53,432 nucleotides of DNA from an uncultured SAR86 cluster bacterium (GTDB lineage: Bacteria > Pseudomonadota > Gammaproteobacteria > Magnimaribacterales > AG-339-G14), in the NCBI GenBank assembly GCA_902528485.1, contig CABZTA010000003.1:1-53432 (forward strand), in the 5' to 3' direction. Position numbers and translations under genes: made by a program. Positions 20,615-29,178 of the stretch are shown here, piece after piece. Positions within the stretch are counted from its first letter, which is position 1. Each line of letters opens with the position of its first letter. The notes under the pieces were generated by a model, which searched no databases, was not told the origin of the DNA, and was given only the letters and a program-made list of their open reading frames with translations.

Positions 20615-21679
20615 TTAATATTTATTAAAAGTCTGACTAACTAATGGAGAATATCTTCGATGCAAGTAAGTTTCAATAGTCTGCTTAGTTTTAATGTTTT
20701 TTGATAGTTCTATATCATTTAAGGCTTGCACTAAATAAGGTTTCCATTCCAAAAACAAATTATCATCCGTAGTCTCAAAAACTGTTTTCTTAATATCTTT
20801 TGAATTTTTAATCATTTTATTGATTTCAGATTTATTGATATTTTTGAATGGACTATCAAACAAAGGCAGTAGATCGCTGGGTAAATTAATCTTTTTTTTC
20901 TTATTAAAAACTTTACTAATTAAAAATTCATCAGTGTTTATGAGGCCGGTGCCATTTATAGCGTGCCCATAAGGATTACCTCTAAAAAAATCCCTACCCG
21001 TAATGTCGCCTAAAAAAAGCCTTGTAGGACAATAATCGTTTGCATAAAAATTATCCCAAATAACCACAGGATTCTTTATTACTTGGCCTAACTCTTTAAG
21101 GTGATCTTGAGAAATAAAATCGCTAATTACTTTTGGACCCGTCCAAAGAAAAAATAAATCATTATTTATGGTTTCTGATACTCCTTCGAGATACTTATCA
21201 TTCTGAATTCCTTTTTTAGAAAAGCTTTCGCAATAAATTGATGGACAAAACCATCCATTACTAAGACCCAACTTAGTAGTTACCTCTGAAATTAATTCGC
21301 CGTGAAATTTACCTAAATCCTTGTCATCAGATTCTATTCCAATTTTGTTTATATCAATATCATCAAACAATAAACCTACCTCTGAAAATCCTTTATCAAT
21401 AGCAAAATTAAACTTTGATAGCAGAAAGTTCAAATCCTTCTTAGATTTTCTTTTAAAGTCTGCTCCTGGAGATAATGTATATACTTGAGCTATATTTTTA
21501 GGAATGCTTCGTGCTTCAAGAGATTTGTCTTGAATTCGCCATTTTTGCCTGATGTAAGCATCTTCTTTTGGCGCATAAATATAATGGGTAATATTACTAT
21601 TCTTAAAACCATAATCATTTTTTTTTGGCTTTCTGTTATAAAAACCTTCTATAAATCCTCTGATTTTCATCGTTATCAC
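20615..21679 (-). CDS. GH84-family beta-N-acetylglucosaminidase (O-GlcNAcase-like), cytoplasmic
   Basis: Ordered blocks GFIEGFY, YIYAPKEDAYIRQKWR, GLLFDDIDIN (Asp-Asp pair), LWTGPKVIS and VIWDNFYANDY match the GH84/OGA catalytic domain. No signal peptide. The start is either GTG 21679 (overlapping the moeB stop) or ATG 21670. Confidence 0.8.
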   Translation of the reverse strand: MITMKIRGFIEGFYNRKPKKNDYGFKNSNITHYIYAPKEDAYIRQKWRIQDKSLEARSIPKNIAQVYTLSPGADFKRKSKKDLNFLLSKFNFAIDKGFSEVGLLFDDIDINKIGIESDDKDLGKFHGELISEVTTKLGLSNGWFCPSIYCESFSKKGIQNDKYLEGVSETINNDLFFLWTGPKVISDFISQDHLKELGQVIKNPVVIWDNFYANDYCPTRLFLGDITGRDFFRGNPYGHAINGTGLINTDEFLISKVFNKKKKINLPSDLLPLFDSPFKNINKSEINKMIKNSKDIKKTVFETTDDNLFLEWKPYLVQALNDIELSKNIKTKQTIETYLHRRYSPLVSQTFNKY

Positions 21680-22443
21680 TCACCACAAATTTTACATAGG
21701 TTATTTTTTTTAAAAGATATTTCCCTACTTAAGTTATCTTTAAAATCATAATCCTGAAAAATCTGGCAGCTCTTGGATATCTTAGTAATAGTTTTTATTG
21801 ATTCAGAAGCTAGCATTGACCCAATAATTCCTACTATTGGAGAAAATATTGCTGATTCTGTGCAACTTAGGTCTTCTGAAGATGTATCTTCAAATAAGCA
21901 TTCATAACATGCGCTATCATTTTGAAAATCAAATTTCATAAGCTGTCCTTTCCATTGAATGCATGAACCAGAAATTAAGGGTATTTTACTTTTAAAACAG
22001 TAGTTATTTATAAACCTTCTTGTTTCAAAATTATCAGAGCAATCTATAATAATTTGGCTCTTTGTTATTTCATCAGGAACATTATTTTTCTCAAAACTTT
22101 GTTTGAATTTTTTTATATTCACATCAGGATTGAGTCTCAACAAAGATGTAATTGCAGCATCGACTTTAAAAGCATTCAAGTCCTCTTCGCGGAATAAAAT
22201 TTGCCTTTGTAAGTTGCTTAGATCAACTTGGTCAGGATCAAAGAGGTTTAAGTTGCCAATTCCGCTTGCAACCAAATACTGCGAACAGGCGCATCCCAGA
22301 CCGCCAACTCCAATAATCGTAATAGTAGAATTTTTTAGTAACCTTTGTCCCTCTACACCAATATCTACAAGCATGATGTTTCTGCTGTATTTCATCATCT
22401 CTTTTTCACTAAAATTCACTTGGTTAGACACGCTACTCTCCAT
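21676..22443 (-). CDS. moeB: molybdopterin-synthase adenylyltransferase (MoeB/ThiF E1-like)
   Basis: Aligns along its length with E. coli MoeB from memory (EMMKYSRNI, GVGGLGCACSQYL, DLSNLQRQ, two CxxC pairs). prfA-prmC-moeB synteny as in Pseudomonas. Confidence 0.88.
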   Translation of the reverse strand: MESSVSNQVNFSEKEMMKYSRNIMLVDIGVEGQRLLKNSTITIIGVGGLGCACSQYLVASGIGNLNLFDPDQVDLSNLQRQILFREEDLNAFKVDAAITSLLRLNPDVNIKKFKQSFEKNNVPDEITKSQIIIDCSDNFETRRFINNYCFKSKIPLISGSCIQWKGQLMKFDFQNDSACYECLFEDTSSEDLSCTESAIFSPIVGIIGSMLASESIKTITKISKSCQIFQDYDFKDNLSREISFKKNNLCKICGE

Positions 22444-23222
22444 TTTCCATTCAAATCTTTTAAAAAAGAAACATCACTGTAGTTATTTTGATTTGCCATC
22501 TTATTAATAGGATCCTTTTGATCAAATCCATGCTCTAAAAGCAATTTTCCATTTTCTTTTAAGAAAGTAACACTATTTTTTATGATTGTACTAATGTCTG
22601 CCAATCCCTTTTTCTCAGAAAAAAGTGCAGATGGTGGCTCAAACCAAATTCCATCCTCATCTCCATCTAAATCATTACGATAAATATATGGTGGATTAGA
22701 AATTATTAAATCCATCGGTCCAAAAAGCCATCTTTTATCCCAATCATGTTGAATTAGAACAGAATTTTTTAAATTTAGAGCTTTCATGTTTTCTCTCGCA
22801 ACAGATAAAGCTTCAAAACTTTTATCTGTTAATGTGCAAGTCCAAAAAGGCTTTTCTTTAGCTATAGACATTCCTATAGCTCCGGATCCCGTTCCAAGCT
22901 CAAGAAGTGAACAATTCTCTAAATCAATAGAGATGGCTGTTTCTACTAATAATTCTGACTCTGGTCTTGGGATTAACGTACTTTCATTAACCTGAAATTC
23001 ATCATCCCAAAAAGGTTTTATTCCTGTTATGTATGCCATAGGAAAACCTTCTTCTCTCTTCTTTACAAGATCAGTAAATGCTTTATTTGTTGTATCTTGA
23101 ATTTCAATATCCGACTTTATATAAAGATCAACTCTTTCAATTTTGAGGATGTGACACAAAATCAGTTCCTTATCTAATATCGGCAGGTTAGAAATTGAAA
23201 ATAACTTTCGTAGATTTGTCAC
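22416..23222 (-). CDS. prmC: release factor glutamine N5-methyltransferase
   Basis: SAM-binding block LELGTGSGAIG and the NPPY motif (IISNPPYI). Immediately downstream of prfA. Confidence 0.93.
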   Translation of the reverse strand: MTNLRKLFSISNLPILDKELILCHILKIERVDLYIKSDIEIQDTTNKAFTDLVKKREEGFPMAYITGIKPFWDDEFQVNESTLIPRPESELLVETAISIDLENCSLLELGTGSGAIGMSIAKEKPFWTCTLTDKSFEALSVARENMKALNLKNSVLIQHDWDKRWLFGPMDLIISNPPYIYRNDLDGDEDGIWFEPPSALFSEKKGLADISTIIKNSVTFLKENGKLLLEHGFDQKDPINKMANQNNYSDVSFLKDLNGKWRVACLTK

Positions 23223-24310
23223 GAGAGTGTTTTTTCAAGGTTTGATAATAATCTTGCCTGGTTTTCTTCTAATAACGTTGAAATCATGATTTCCATTTCA
23301 CCATCTAGGAAACCATCCAAATTATGAACTGAAAATTCAATTCTATGATCAGTGATTCTACCTTGAGGAAAATTATAAGTCCTAATTTTCTCAGATCGAT
23401 CTCCTGACCCAACCATATTTTTTCTTTTTTCAGCTTGCTCTTGAGTTAGTTCTTCTTCTGCCATTGCTTTGAGCTTTGCACTAAGCAAAGTAAGTGCTTT
23501 TGCTTTATTCTTATGTTGAGATCTATCATCCTGACACTCAACGACTATTCCCGTAGGAACGTGAGTTAACCTCACCGCTGAATCTGTCTTATTAACATGC
23601 TGCCCTCCTGCACCAGACGCACGAAAAGTGTCGGTTCTGATTTCAGACTTATCTATCTCAACTTCTTCAACATCTTCTATTTCTGCAAGAATAGCTACTG
23701 AACATGCCGAGGTGTGAATTCTTCCTTGTGATTCAGTTGTAGGAACTCTTTGAACACGATGTATCCCAGATTCAAACTTCAATTTTTTATAAACATTCTC
23801 TCCAGAGATTTTAATTACTACTTCTTTAAATCCACCTTGCTCGCTTTCTCTTGACGAAATAAGGTCACTCTTCCATCTATTTCTTTCAGCTAGCCTTAGA
23901 TACATTCTATAAAGATCTCCAACAAAAAGTGCTGCCTCATCGCCACCGGTTCCGGCTCTAACTTCAACAAAAACATTTTTATCATCATTCTCATCAACAG
24001 GTATAAGAAGATTCTTCAGCTCTATTTCAATCTCAGATATTCTTTCGTTATTTTCTTTAATTTCCTCTTTTGCTAACTCCGCTAAATCCATATCAGATTC
24101 ATTAAGGACTTCTTCAGCACTTGAAATATTACTTTCACACTGAATGTACTCATCGAATTTTTCTACAATAGGTTTTAAATTAGAATATTCTTTCGATAAA
24201 GATGCATACTGTTTTTGATCATTGATTACATCTGGCATGCTCAATTTAGTCTGAATATCAGAGAAATTATCCTTAATCTCAGTTAATCTTGTTTTAATTG
24301 AATCTAACAT
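23219..24310 (-). CDS. prfA: peptide chain release factor 1
   Basis: GGQ motif (SGAGGQHVNKTDSAVRLTH) and RF1-type PxT tripeptide (RVPTTES). Confidence 0.97.
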   Translation of the reverse strand: MLDSIKTRLTEIKDNFSDIQTKLSMPDVINDQKQYASLSKEYSNLKPIVEKFDEYIQCESNISSAEEVLNESDMDLAELAKEEIKENNERISEIEIELKNLLIPVDENDDKNVFVEVRAGTGGDEAALFVGDLYRMYLRLAERNRWKSDLISSRESEQGGFKEVVIKISGENVYKKLKFESGIHRVQRVPTTESQGRIHTSACSVAILAEIEDVEEVEIDKSEIRTDTFRASGAGGQHVNKTDSAVRLTHVPTGIVVECQDDRSQHKNKAKALTLLSAKLKAMAEEELTQEQAEKRKNMVGSGDRSEKIRTYNFPQGRITDHRIEFSVHNLDGFLDGEMEIMISTLLEENQARLLSNLEKTLS

Positions 24311-24328
24311 TTATAAAATTTTTAAAAG

Positions 24329-24844
24329 ATGAATAAAAATTCAATCCTGGGGTCAATTCTACTTATTTTTATTTTAGTATCCTATCTTTCATCTTGTGCA
24401 ATTGTCAGAGATGACTTAATTACTTCAAAAAGTGATAGATATTTTTTAACTGCAAGTTTTTCATTTAGAACAGGTGAATCTTTCCTTAACGGAAAAGTCA
24501 GTTTTTTAAAACAAGAAGAAAAAATAACAATAAATTTTAAAAGTAGTAGGTTCTATCCAAAATTCAGCCTTGTGTTCAAAGACAAAGATACATATCAATT
24601 ATTAGTCAATAATTCTTTCAGAAGCAAAGCAGAAGAAATAATTCAAAGGAATGATAATTTAATTTACACACTTTATACAGTCGTTGATTGGTACTACAGA
24701 GATTGCTTATCTGGAAATTGTAAACTTCTTAAAATAATAGAAGATTCTATCCTTGTTGAAAAAACATCCGATGTTCAAGAAAATACGGATAAATTAGTTG
24801 CAACTAATCCATTTTATAAACTTCAGATTAAGATAGATAAATGA
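24329..24844 (+). CDS. lolB: outer-membrane lipoprotein LolB-like
   Basis: Lipobox LSSC at the end of the signal peptide. 171 aa and beta-rich. Occupies the lolB slot upstream of ispE-prs. Sequence similarity to E. coli LolB is only loose. Confidence 0.65.
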   Translation: MNKNSILGSILLIFILVSYLSSCAIVRDDLITSKSDRYFLTASFSFRTGESFLNGKVSFLKQEEKITINFKSSRFYPKFSLVFKDKDTYQLLVNNSFRSKAEEIIQRNDNLIYTLYTVVDWYYRDCLSGNCKLLKIIEDSILVEKTSDVQENTDKLVATNPFYKLQIKIDK

Positions 24845-25641
24845 AAGTTTCCTGCCCAGCGAAGTTAAACATTGGCCTGAAAATAAATTCAAAGAGACCT
24901 GACGGCTATCATAATCTTGAAACTGAGTTCAGATTAATATCTTTGTATGATTATCTTGAAATAAAAGAAAGTAAAAATTTCCAACTTAATATCAATAATG
25001 ATGAAATTGAAACTGAAGATAATCTCATTACAAAAGCTTATTTTTTGATGAAAAGCTTATGTAATGAAAAATCTGAATTCTCTTTTAAAGTACAAAAAAA
25101 TATACCAATAGGTGCAGGCTTAGGAGGCGGAAGTTCAAATTGTGCTTCTACATTGATTGTTCTTAATAGACTATTTAAATTAAATCTACCGAAGAATAAG
25201 TTATTAAAAATTGGACTTAGTCTAGGAAGCGATGTTCCTTTTTTCATTAAAGGAAAAAATTCTATTGCTAAAGGGAGAGGCGAATTACTTGAAACTATTG
25301 AAAGAGAAACAAATTATTATTTGATTATCTGTCCAGACATAAAAATATCCACGGCTGATGCATTCAAATTTTATGAAGAAAATAAGACAGATTTTCCAAA
25401 ACATTTAAAAAATGATTTTGAGTACTTTGCAAGAAAAGTATATCCAGAAATAAATGAAATTTTTAACCTCATGTCTCAATATGGAACTATAGAATTGTCT
25501 GGAACTGGCTCTTCAATGTATTTAAATTTTAAATCTTCTGAAGAGGCGTATACAATTGCAACGAAAGTTCCGACTAACTGTAAGTTTTTTGTAACTAAAA
25601 GTTTAGATAAGTCTCCGATATATGATGAACTTAATAATTAA
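24841..25641 (+). CDS. ispE: 4-diphosphocytidyl-2-C-methyl-D-erythritol kinase
   Basis: GHMP kinase block IPIGAGLGGGSSNCAS and N-terminal PAKLNIGLKI. 4-nt overlap with lolB. Confidence 0.93.
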   Translation: MKVSCPAKLNIGLKINSKRPDGYHNLETEFRLISLYDYLEIKESKNFQLNINNDEIETEDNLITKAYFLMKSLCNEKSEFSFKVQKNIPIGAGLGGGSSNCASTLIVLNRLFKLNLPKNKLLKIGLSLGSDVPFFIKGKNSIAKGRGELLETIERETNYYLIICPDIKISTADAFKFYEENKTDFPKHLKNDFEYFARKVYPEINEIFNLMSQYGTIELSGTGSSMYLNFKSSEEAYTIATKVPTNCKFFVTKSLDKSPIYDELNN

Positions 25642-25716
25642 TGGGGTGTGGCCAAGCGGTAAGGCAGCGGCTTTTGATGCCGCCATGCGTAGGTTCGAAT
25701 CCTACCACCCCAGCCA
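25642..25716 (+). tRNA. tRNA-Gln (anticodon UUG)
   Basis: TGGGGTGTGGCCAAGCGGTAAGGCAGCGGCTTTTGATGCCGCC...CCCCAGCCA folds as a cloverleaf with anticodon loop TTTTGAT. It is near-identical in layout to E. coli tRNA-Gln. CCA is encoded. Confidence 0.93.
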
Positions 25717-25722
25717 GATAAT

Positions 25723-26679
25723 ATGTTAAAGCCTGCTAAAAATCTTATTTTGTTTTCAGGTAATGCTAACAAAGTATTAGCTGGAAGGATTGCTAAAAAA
25801 CTTGGTAAAAATCTGGGAAATGCTGAAGTAGAGAGGTTCAGCGACGGCGAGTCAGATGTAAGGATAAACGTTAATGTCAGAGGAAAGGATGTATTCATAA
25901 TCCAATCAACTTGTTCTCCTGCCAATGAAAACCTTATGGAGTTATCAATTATGATAGATGCTTTAAGGAGATCATCTGCATCCAGAATTACCGCAGTAAT
26001 TCCCTATTTTGGTTATGCCAGACAGGATCGAAGAGTGAGATCTGAAAGAGTGCCTATTTCAGCAAAACTAGTTGCTGAAATTCTTCAAATTGCTGGCGCA
26101 AATAGAATTATGACTCTGGATTTACACTCAGATCAGATACAGGGTTTCTTCAATATACCTGTGGATAATATCTATGTTACGAAAGCATTCTTAAATCATA
26201 TAAACAGATCAAAATATCCTAACCAAATTGTAGTTTCTCCTGATGTGGGCGGTGTTGTTAGAGCAAGAGCGCTAGCAAAATACATGGGAGATACAGATTT
26301 AGCCATCATTGATAAAAGAAGAGAAAAGGCGAATGAATCTGAAGTCATGAATGTAATTGGGAACGTAAAGAACAAAACATGCATAATTATAGATGACATA
26401 ATTGATACAGCGGGAACTCTGTGCAACGCTGCTGATGCATTGAAAAAACAAGGCGCCGAAAAAGTTTATGCTTATATTTCTCACCCAGTTCTTTCCGGTT
26501 CTGCAGTTGAAAAAATATCCAAATCAAAACTAGACTCATTGATTGTAACTGATACAATTCCGCTCTCAAAAGAGGCTGAAAATTCTAGGAAAATAAAAAC
26601 TGTCTCTATGGACTCAACATTAGCAGGCGCTATAACTAGAGTGAATAGAGAAGAATCAATCAGTGAAATGTTTTTATAA
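25723..26679 (+). CDS. prs: ribose-phosphate pyrophosphokinase
   Basis: Aligns throughout with E. coli Prs from memory ([36 protein letters not shown]). The start is uncertain: ATG 25723 lies only 6 nt after the tRNA, and an in-frame TTG at 25750 is an alternative. Confidence 0.95.
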   Translation: MLKPAKNLILFSGNANKVLAGRIAKKLGKNLGNAEVERFSDGESDVRINVNVRGKDVFIIQSTCSPANENLMELSIMIDALRRSSASRITAVIPYFGYARQDRRVRSERVPISAKLVAEILQIAGANRIMTLDLHSDQIQGFFNIPVDNIYVTKAFLNHINRSKYPNQIVVSPDVGGVVRARALAKYMGDTDLAIIDKRREKANESEVMNVIGNVKNKTCIIIDDIIDTAGTLCNAADALKKQGAEKVYAYISHPVLSGSAVEKISKSKLDSLIVTDTIPLSKEAENSRKIKTVSMDSTLAGAITRVNREESISEMFL

Positions 26680-26682
26680 AAA

Positions 26683-27384
26683 ATGAGCGAAAAAATAAGT
26701 ATATCTGGTGAATCCAGACAAGAAACAGGCAAGGCAAATTCAAGAAGCTTACGATCTTCTGAAATTGTCCCTGGGGTTATATATGGAGAAGAAAAATCTT
26801 CAAATATTAAAGTCTTTGAAAAAGATCTTAAGAAAATCCTCGAAAACCCAAGTATCTTTTCTCAAGTTATCGATTTGAATATAGATGGATCTCCCTTTGA
26901 GGTTCTATTAAAAGATATTCAAAGAAACCCGAAAAATGATAGACCTTCACACGTTGACTTCCTTGTTGTTTCAAAAGATACCAAAGTGACTGTTAATGTC
27001 CCGTTGAAGTTTATCAATGAAGATATTTGTGTTGGCGTGAAACAACAAGGTGGTATGATTTCTCACCTCAGAAACGAAGTAGAAGTTTTATGCTCTGCAG
27101 CCTCACTTCCAGAATTTATTGAAATCGACACTGAAAACATAGAATTGAATCAATCTGTGATGATGTCAGAAATTTCCTTACCCGAAGGTGTCGAACTGAC
27201 TAGCGTATTGAATGATCTCCAAGATCAACCTGTTCTCTCTTGTGCTGTTACAAGGGCTTCTCTTGAAATTGATGATGATCCTGCGTTTGGAGAAGATGGT
27301 GAAGAAGTTACAGACGATGCTGAAGCTTCTACCGATTCATCTAAAACAGACGAATCTAAAGAAGAAGAATCTAACAACAACTAA
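26683..27384 (+). CDS. rplY: 50S ribosomal protein L25 / general stress protein Ctc, with an acidic C-terminal tail
   Basis: 233 aa in the Ctc long form. The N-terminal block R...GK..SR.LR....VPGVIYG is present. Located between prs and pth. Confidence 0.9.
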   Translation: MSEKISISGESRQETGKANSRSLRSSEIVPGVIYGEEKSSNIKVFEKDLKKILENPSIFSQVIDLNIDGSPFEVLLKDIQRNPKNDRPSHVDFLVVSKDTKVTVNVPLKFINEDICVGVKQQGGMISHLRNEVEVLCSAASLPEFIEIDTENIELNQSVMMSEISLPEGVELTSVLNDLQDQPVLSCAVTRASLEIDDDPAFGEDGEEVTDDAEASTDSSKTDESKEEESNNN

Positions 27385-27387
27385 TTT

Positions 27388-27966
27388 ATGGAAACCTTTT
27401 TAGTGGTTGGGTTAGGAAATCCTGGCTCAAGGTATGCTAATACAAGACATAATGCTGGAACTGATTTCGTTCATATGCTGTGTAAAAAGTATGATGTTGA
27501 GTTAACAGAAAAGAAAAAATATAAAGCTTCTATAGGAAAATTTCTATTGAAGGATATGGAAGTCATACTTTCAATCCCTACCCTGTTTATGAATCAAAGT
27601 GGAAAAAGTGTCGCTCCTACTGTAAATGGGGAAAATATAAAATTAAAAAATCTTCTTGTTGTTCATGATGATCTTGATCTTCCTCCTGGAGTATCAAAAT
27701 TAAAGTTCTCTGGAGGAGATGGAGGTCACAATGGTTTAAAAGATATTATGCAAAGCTTATCTGGTAAAAAAGATTTTAAGAGGCTGAGGATTGGTATAGG
27801 TCATCCAGGCGACACAAAAAAAGTGAATTCCTTTGTCGTAAAAAAAGGACCTTCTAGCGATAGAAAAAATAAACTTTTGGCGATGCACAATGCTTTGGAA
27901 GTTTTTGAACTTGTTGCTTTTGATGATTGGGAAAAAGCTTTGACTCAATTACATTCAAAAAAATAA
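27388..27966 (+). CDS. pth: peptidyl-tRNA hydrolase
   Basis: N-terminus LVVGLGNPGSRYANTRHNAG, plus HDDLDLPPG and GGHNGLKD. Confidence 0.96.
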   Translation: METFLVVGLGNPGSRYANTRHNAGTDFVHMLCKKYDVELTEKKKYKASIGKFLLKDMEVILSIPTLFMNQSGKSVAPTVNGENIKLKNLLVVHDDLDLPPGVSKLKFSGGDGGHNGLKDIMQSLSGKKDFKRLRIGIGHPGDTKKVNSFVVKKGPSSDRKNKLLAMHNALEVFELVAFDDWEKALTQLHSKK

Positions 27967-29051
27967 TGGGACTTAAATGTGGAATTGTTGGATTACCTAA
28001 TGTTGGTAAATCTACCTTATTTAATGCATTAACTTCATCTGGTATACAAGCTGAAAATTTTCCATTTTGTACAATTGATCCTAATGTTGGAATAGTAAAT
28101 CTGCCCGATACCAGACTAAATAAAATAGCTGAAATTGTTGACCCTGAAGAAATAATTCAATCAACTGTCGAGTTTGTTGATATAGCCGGTCTTGTTGAGG
28201 GAGCTTCTAAAGGAGAGGGTTTAGGTAATAAGTTTCTTGCAAACATCAGAGAAACAGATGCTATCATCCATGTGGTTAGATGTTTTGAAGATGAAAGCAT
28301 AATTCATGTCAAAGATAAAATATCTCCTCAAGAAGATATAAAAACGATAGAACTTGAACTAATCCTTGCTGATATGGAAGTTCTTGAGAACGCCATTGAA
28401 AATGTTAAGAGGAAAGCTAAAAGTGGTGACAAAAAGCTTCTCTTTACCTTAGAAGTTTATGAAAAAACATTGGAATTTCTCAATAAAGAAGAGAATTTAA
28501 GAAATATAAACTTTGATAATAATGATTTAGCCGAACTTAAAGGCTTAAATCTTATCTCAATCAAACCCGTTATTTATGTTGCAAACATAGATGATAGCCT
28601 TGAAGAAAATGAATTTTATTCATCCGTTAAAGAATTCGCCTCTGAAAATAATTCTCAAGTCATTAGTCTATGCAATCAGCTAGAAGCAGAAATAGCTGAA
28701 CTTGGAGATGACAAAGATGATCTTCTGAGAGATATAGGTCTGGAAGAACCTGGATTAAATATCATGATCAGAGCAGCATTTGATAGCTTAGGTCTTCAAA
28801 CCTTCTTTACGGCTGGAAAAAAAGAAGTAAGAGCATGGGAAATAAAAAAAGGATCCTTAGCTCCGCAAGCTGCCGGCACAATTCATACAGATTTTGAAAA
28901 AGGTTTTATAAGAGCTGAAACCATCTCCTTTGAAGATTATGTTGAGTTCAATGGAGAACAAGGAGCCAAAGAGGCTGGTAGATTAAGGTCGGAAGGTTCA
29001 GATTATATTATCAGAGATGGAGATGTAGTTCACTTCAGATTTAACTTATAG
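27966..29051 (+). CDS. ychF: ribosome-binding ATPase YchF
   Basis: Starts [23 protein letters not shown] prefer ATG 27966 (TAATG overlap with the pth stop) over the track's 27927, because YchF proteins begin at this block. Confidence 0.95.
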   Translation: MGLKCGIVGLPNVGKSTLFNALTSSGIQAENFPFCTIDPNVGIVNLPDTRLNKIAEIVDPEEIIQSTVEFVDIAGLVEGASKGEGLGNKFLANIRETDAIIHVVRCFEDESIIHVKDKISPQEDIKTIELELILADMEVLENAIENVKRKAKSGDKKLLFTLEVYEKTLEFLNKEENLRNINFDNNDLAELKGLNLISIKPVIYVANIDDSLEENEFYSSVKEFASENNSQVISLCNQLEAEIAELGDDKDDLLRDIGLEEPGLNIMIRAAFDSLGLQTFFTAGKKEVRAWEIKKGSLAPQAAGTIHTDFEKGFIRAETISFEDYVEFNGEQGAKEAGRLRSEGSDYIIRDGDVVHFRFNL

Positions 29052-29059
29052 CTTGATGC

Positions 29060-29088
29060 TTGACTTTTAAAGGACAGACTAAGAGAAT
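29060..29088 (+). promoter_or_regulatory. candidate sigma70 promoter for tRNA-Met (TTGACT, 17-nt spacer, GAGAAT)
   Basis: The -35 hexamer is at 29060-29065 and the -10 at 29083-29088, 11 nt before the tRNA 5' end. Pattern match only. Confidence 0.35.
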
Positions 29089-29099
29089 TCTCTTTCTTT

Positions 29100-29176
29100 G
29101 GCTATGTAGCTCAGCTGGTTAGAGCGCTGCACTCATAACGCAGAGGTCGGTAGTTCAAGTCTACCCATAGCCACCA
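29100..29176 (+). tRNA. tRNA-Met, elongator type (anticodon CAU)
   Basis: GGCTATGTAGCTCAGCTGGTTAGAGCG...CTCATAA...GGTAGTTCAAGTCTACCCATAGCCACCA. The acceptor and D arms closely resemble E. coli elongator tRNA-Met. An alternative identity as tRNA-Ile2 (lysidine) is not fully excluded. Confidence 0.85.
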
Positions 29177-29178
29177 AG

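Noticed and set aside
22103-22507. 134-aa plus-strand ORF over moeB/prmC
   Set aside because: It lies antisense to two well-supported genes, and I see no independent signals for it.
25638-25925. 95-aa minus-strand ORF covering tRNA-Gln and the prs start
   Set aside because: It overlaps a clear tRNA gene and the conserved prs N-terminus on the opposite strand, so I treat it as spurious.
27927-27965. 13-codon N-terminal extension of ychF in the ORF track
   Set aside because: YchF proteins start at the [17 protein letters not shown] block. The ATG at 27966 overlaps the pth stop (TAATG), whereas the extension would overlap pth by 40 nt.
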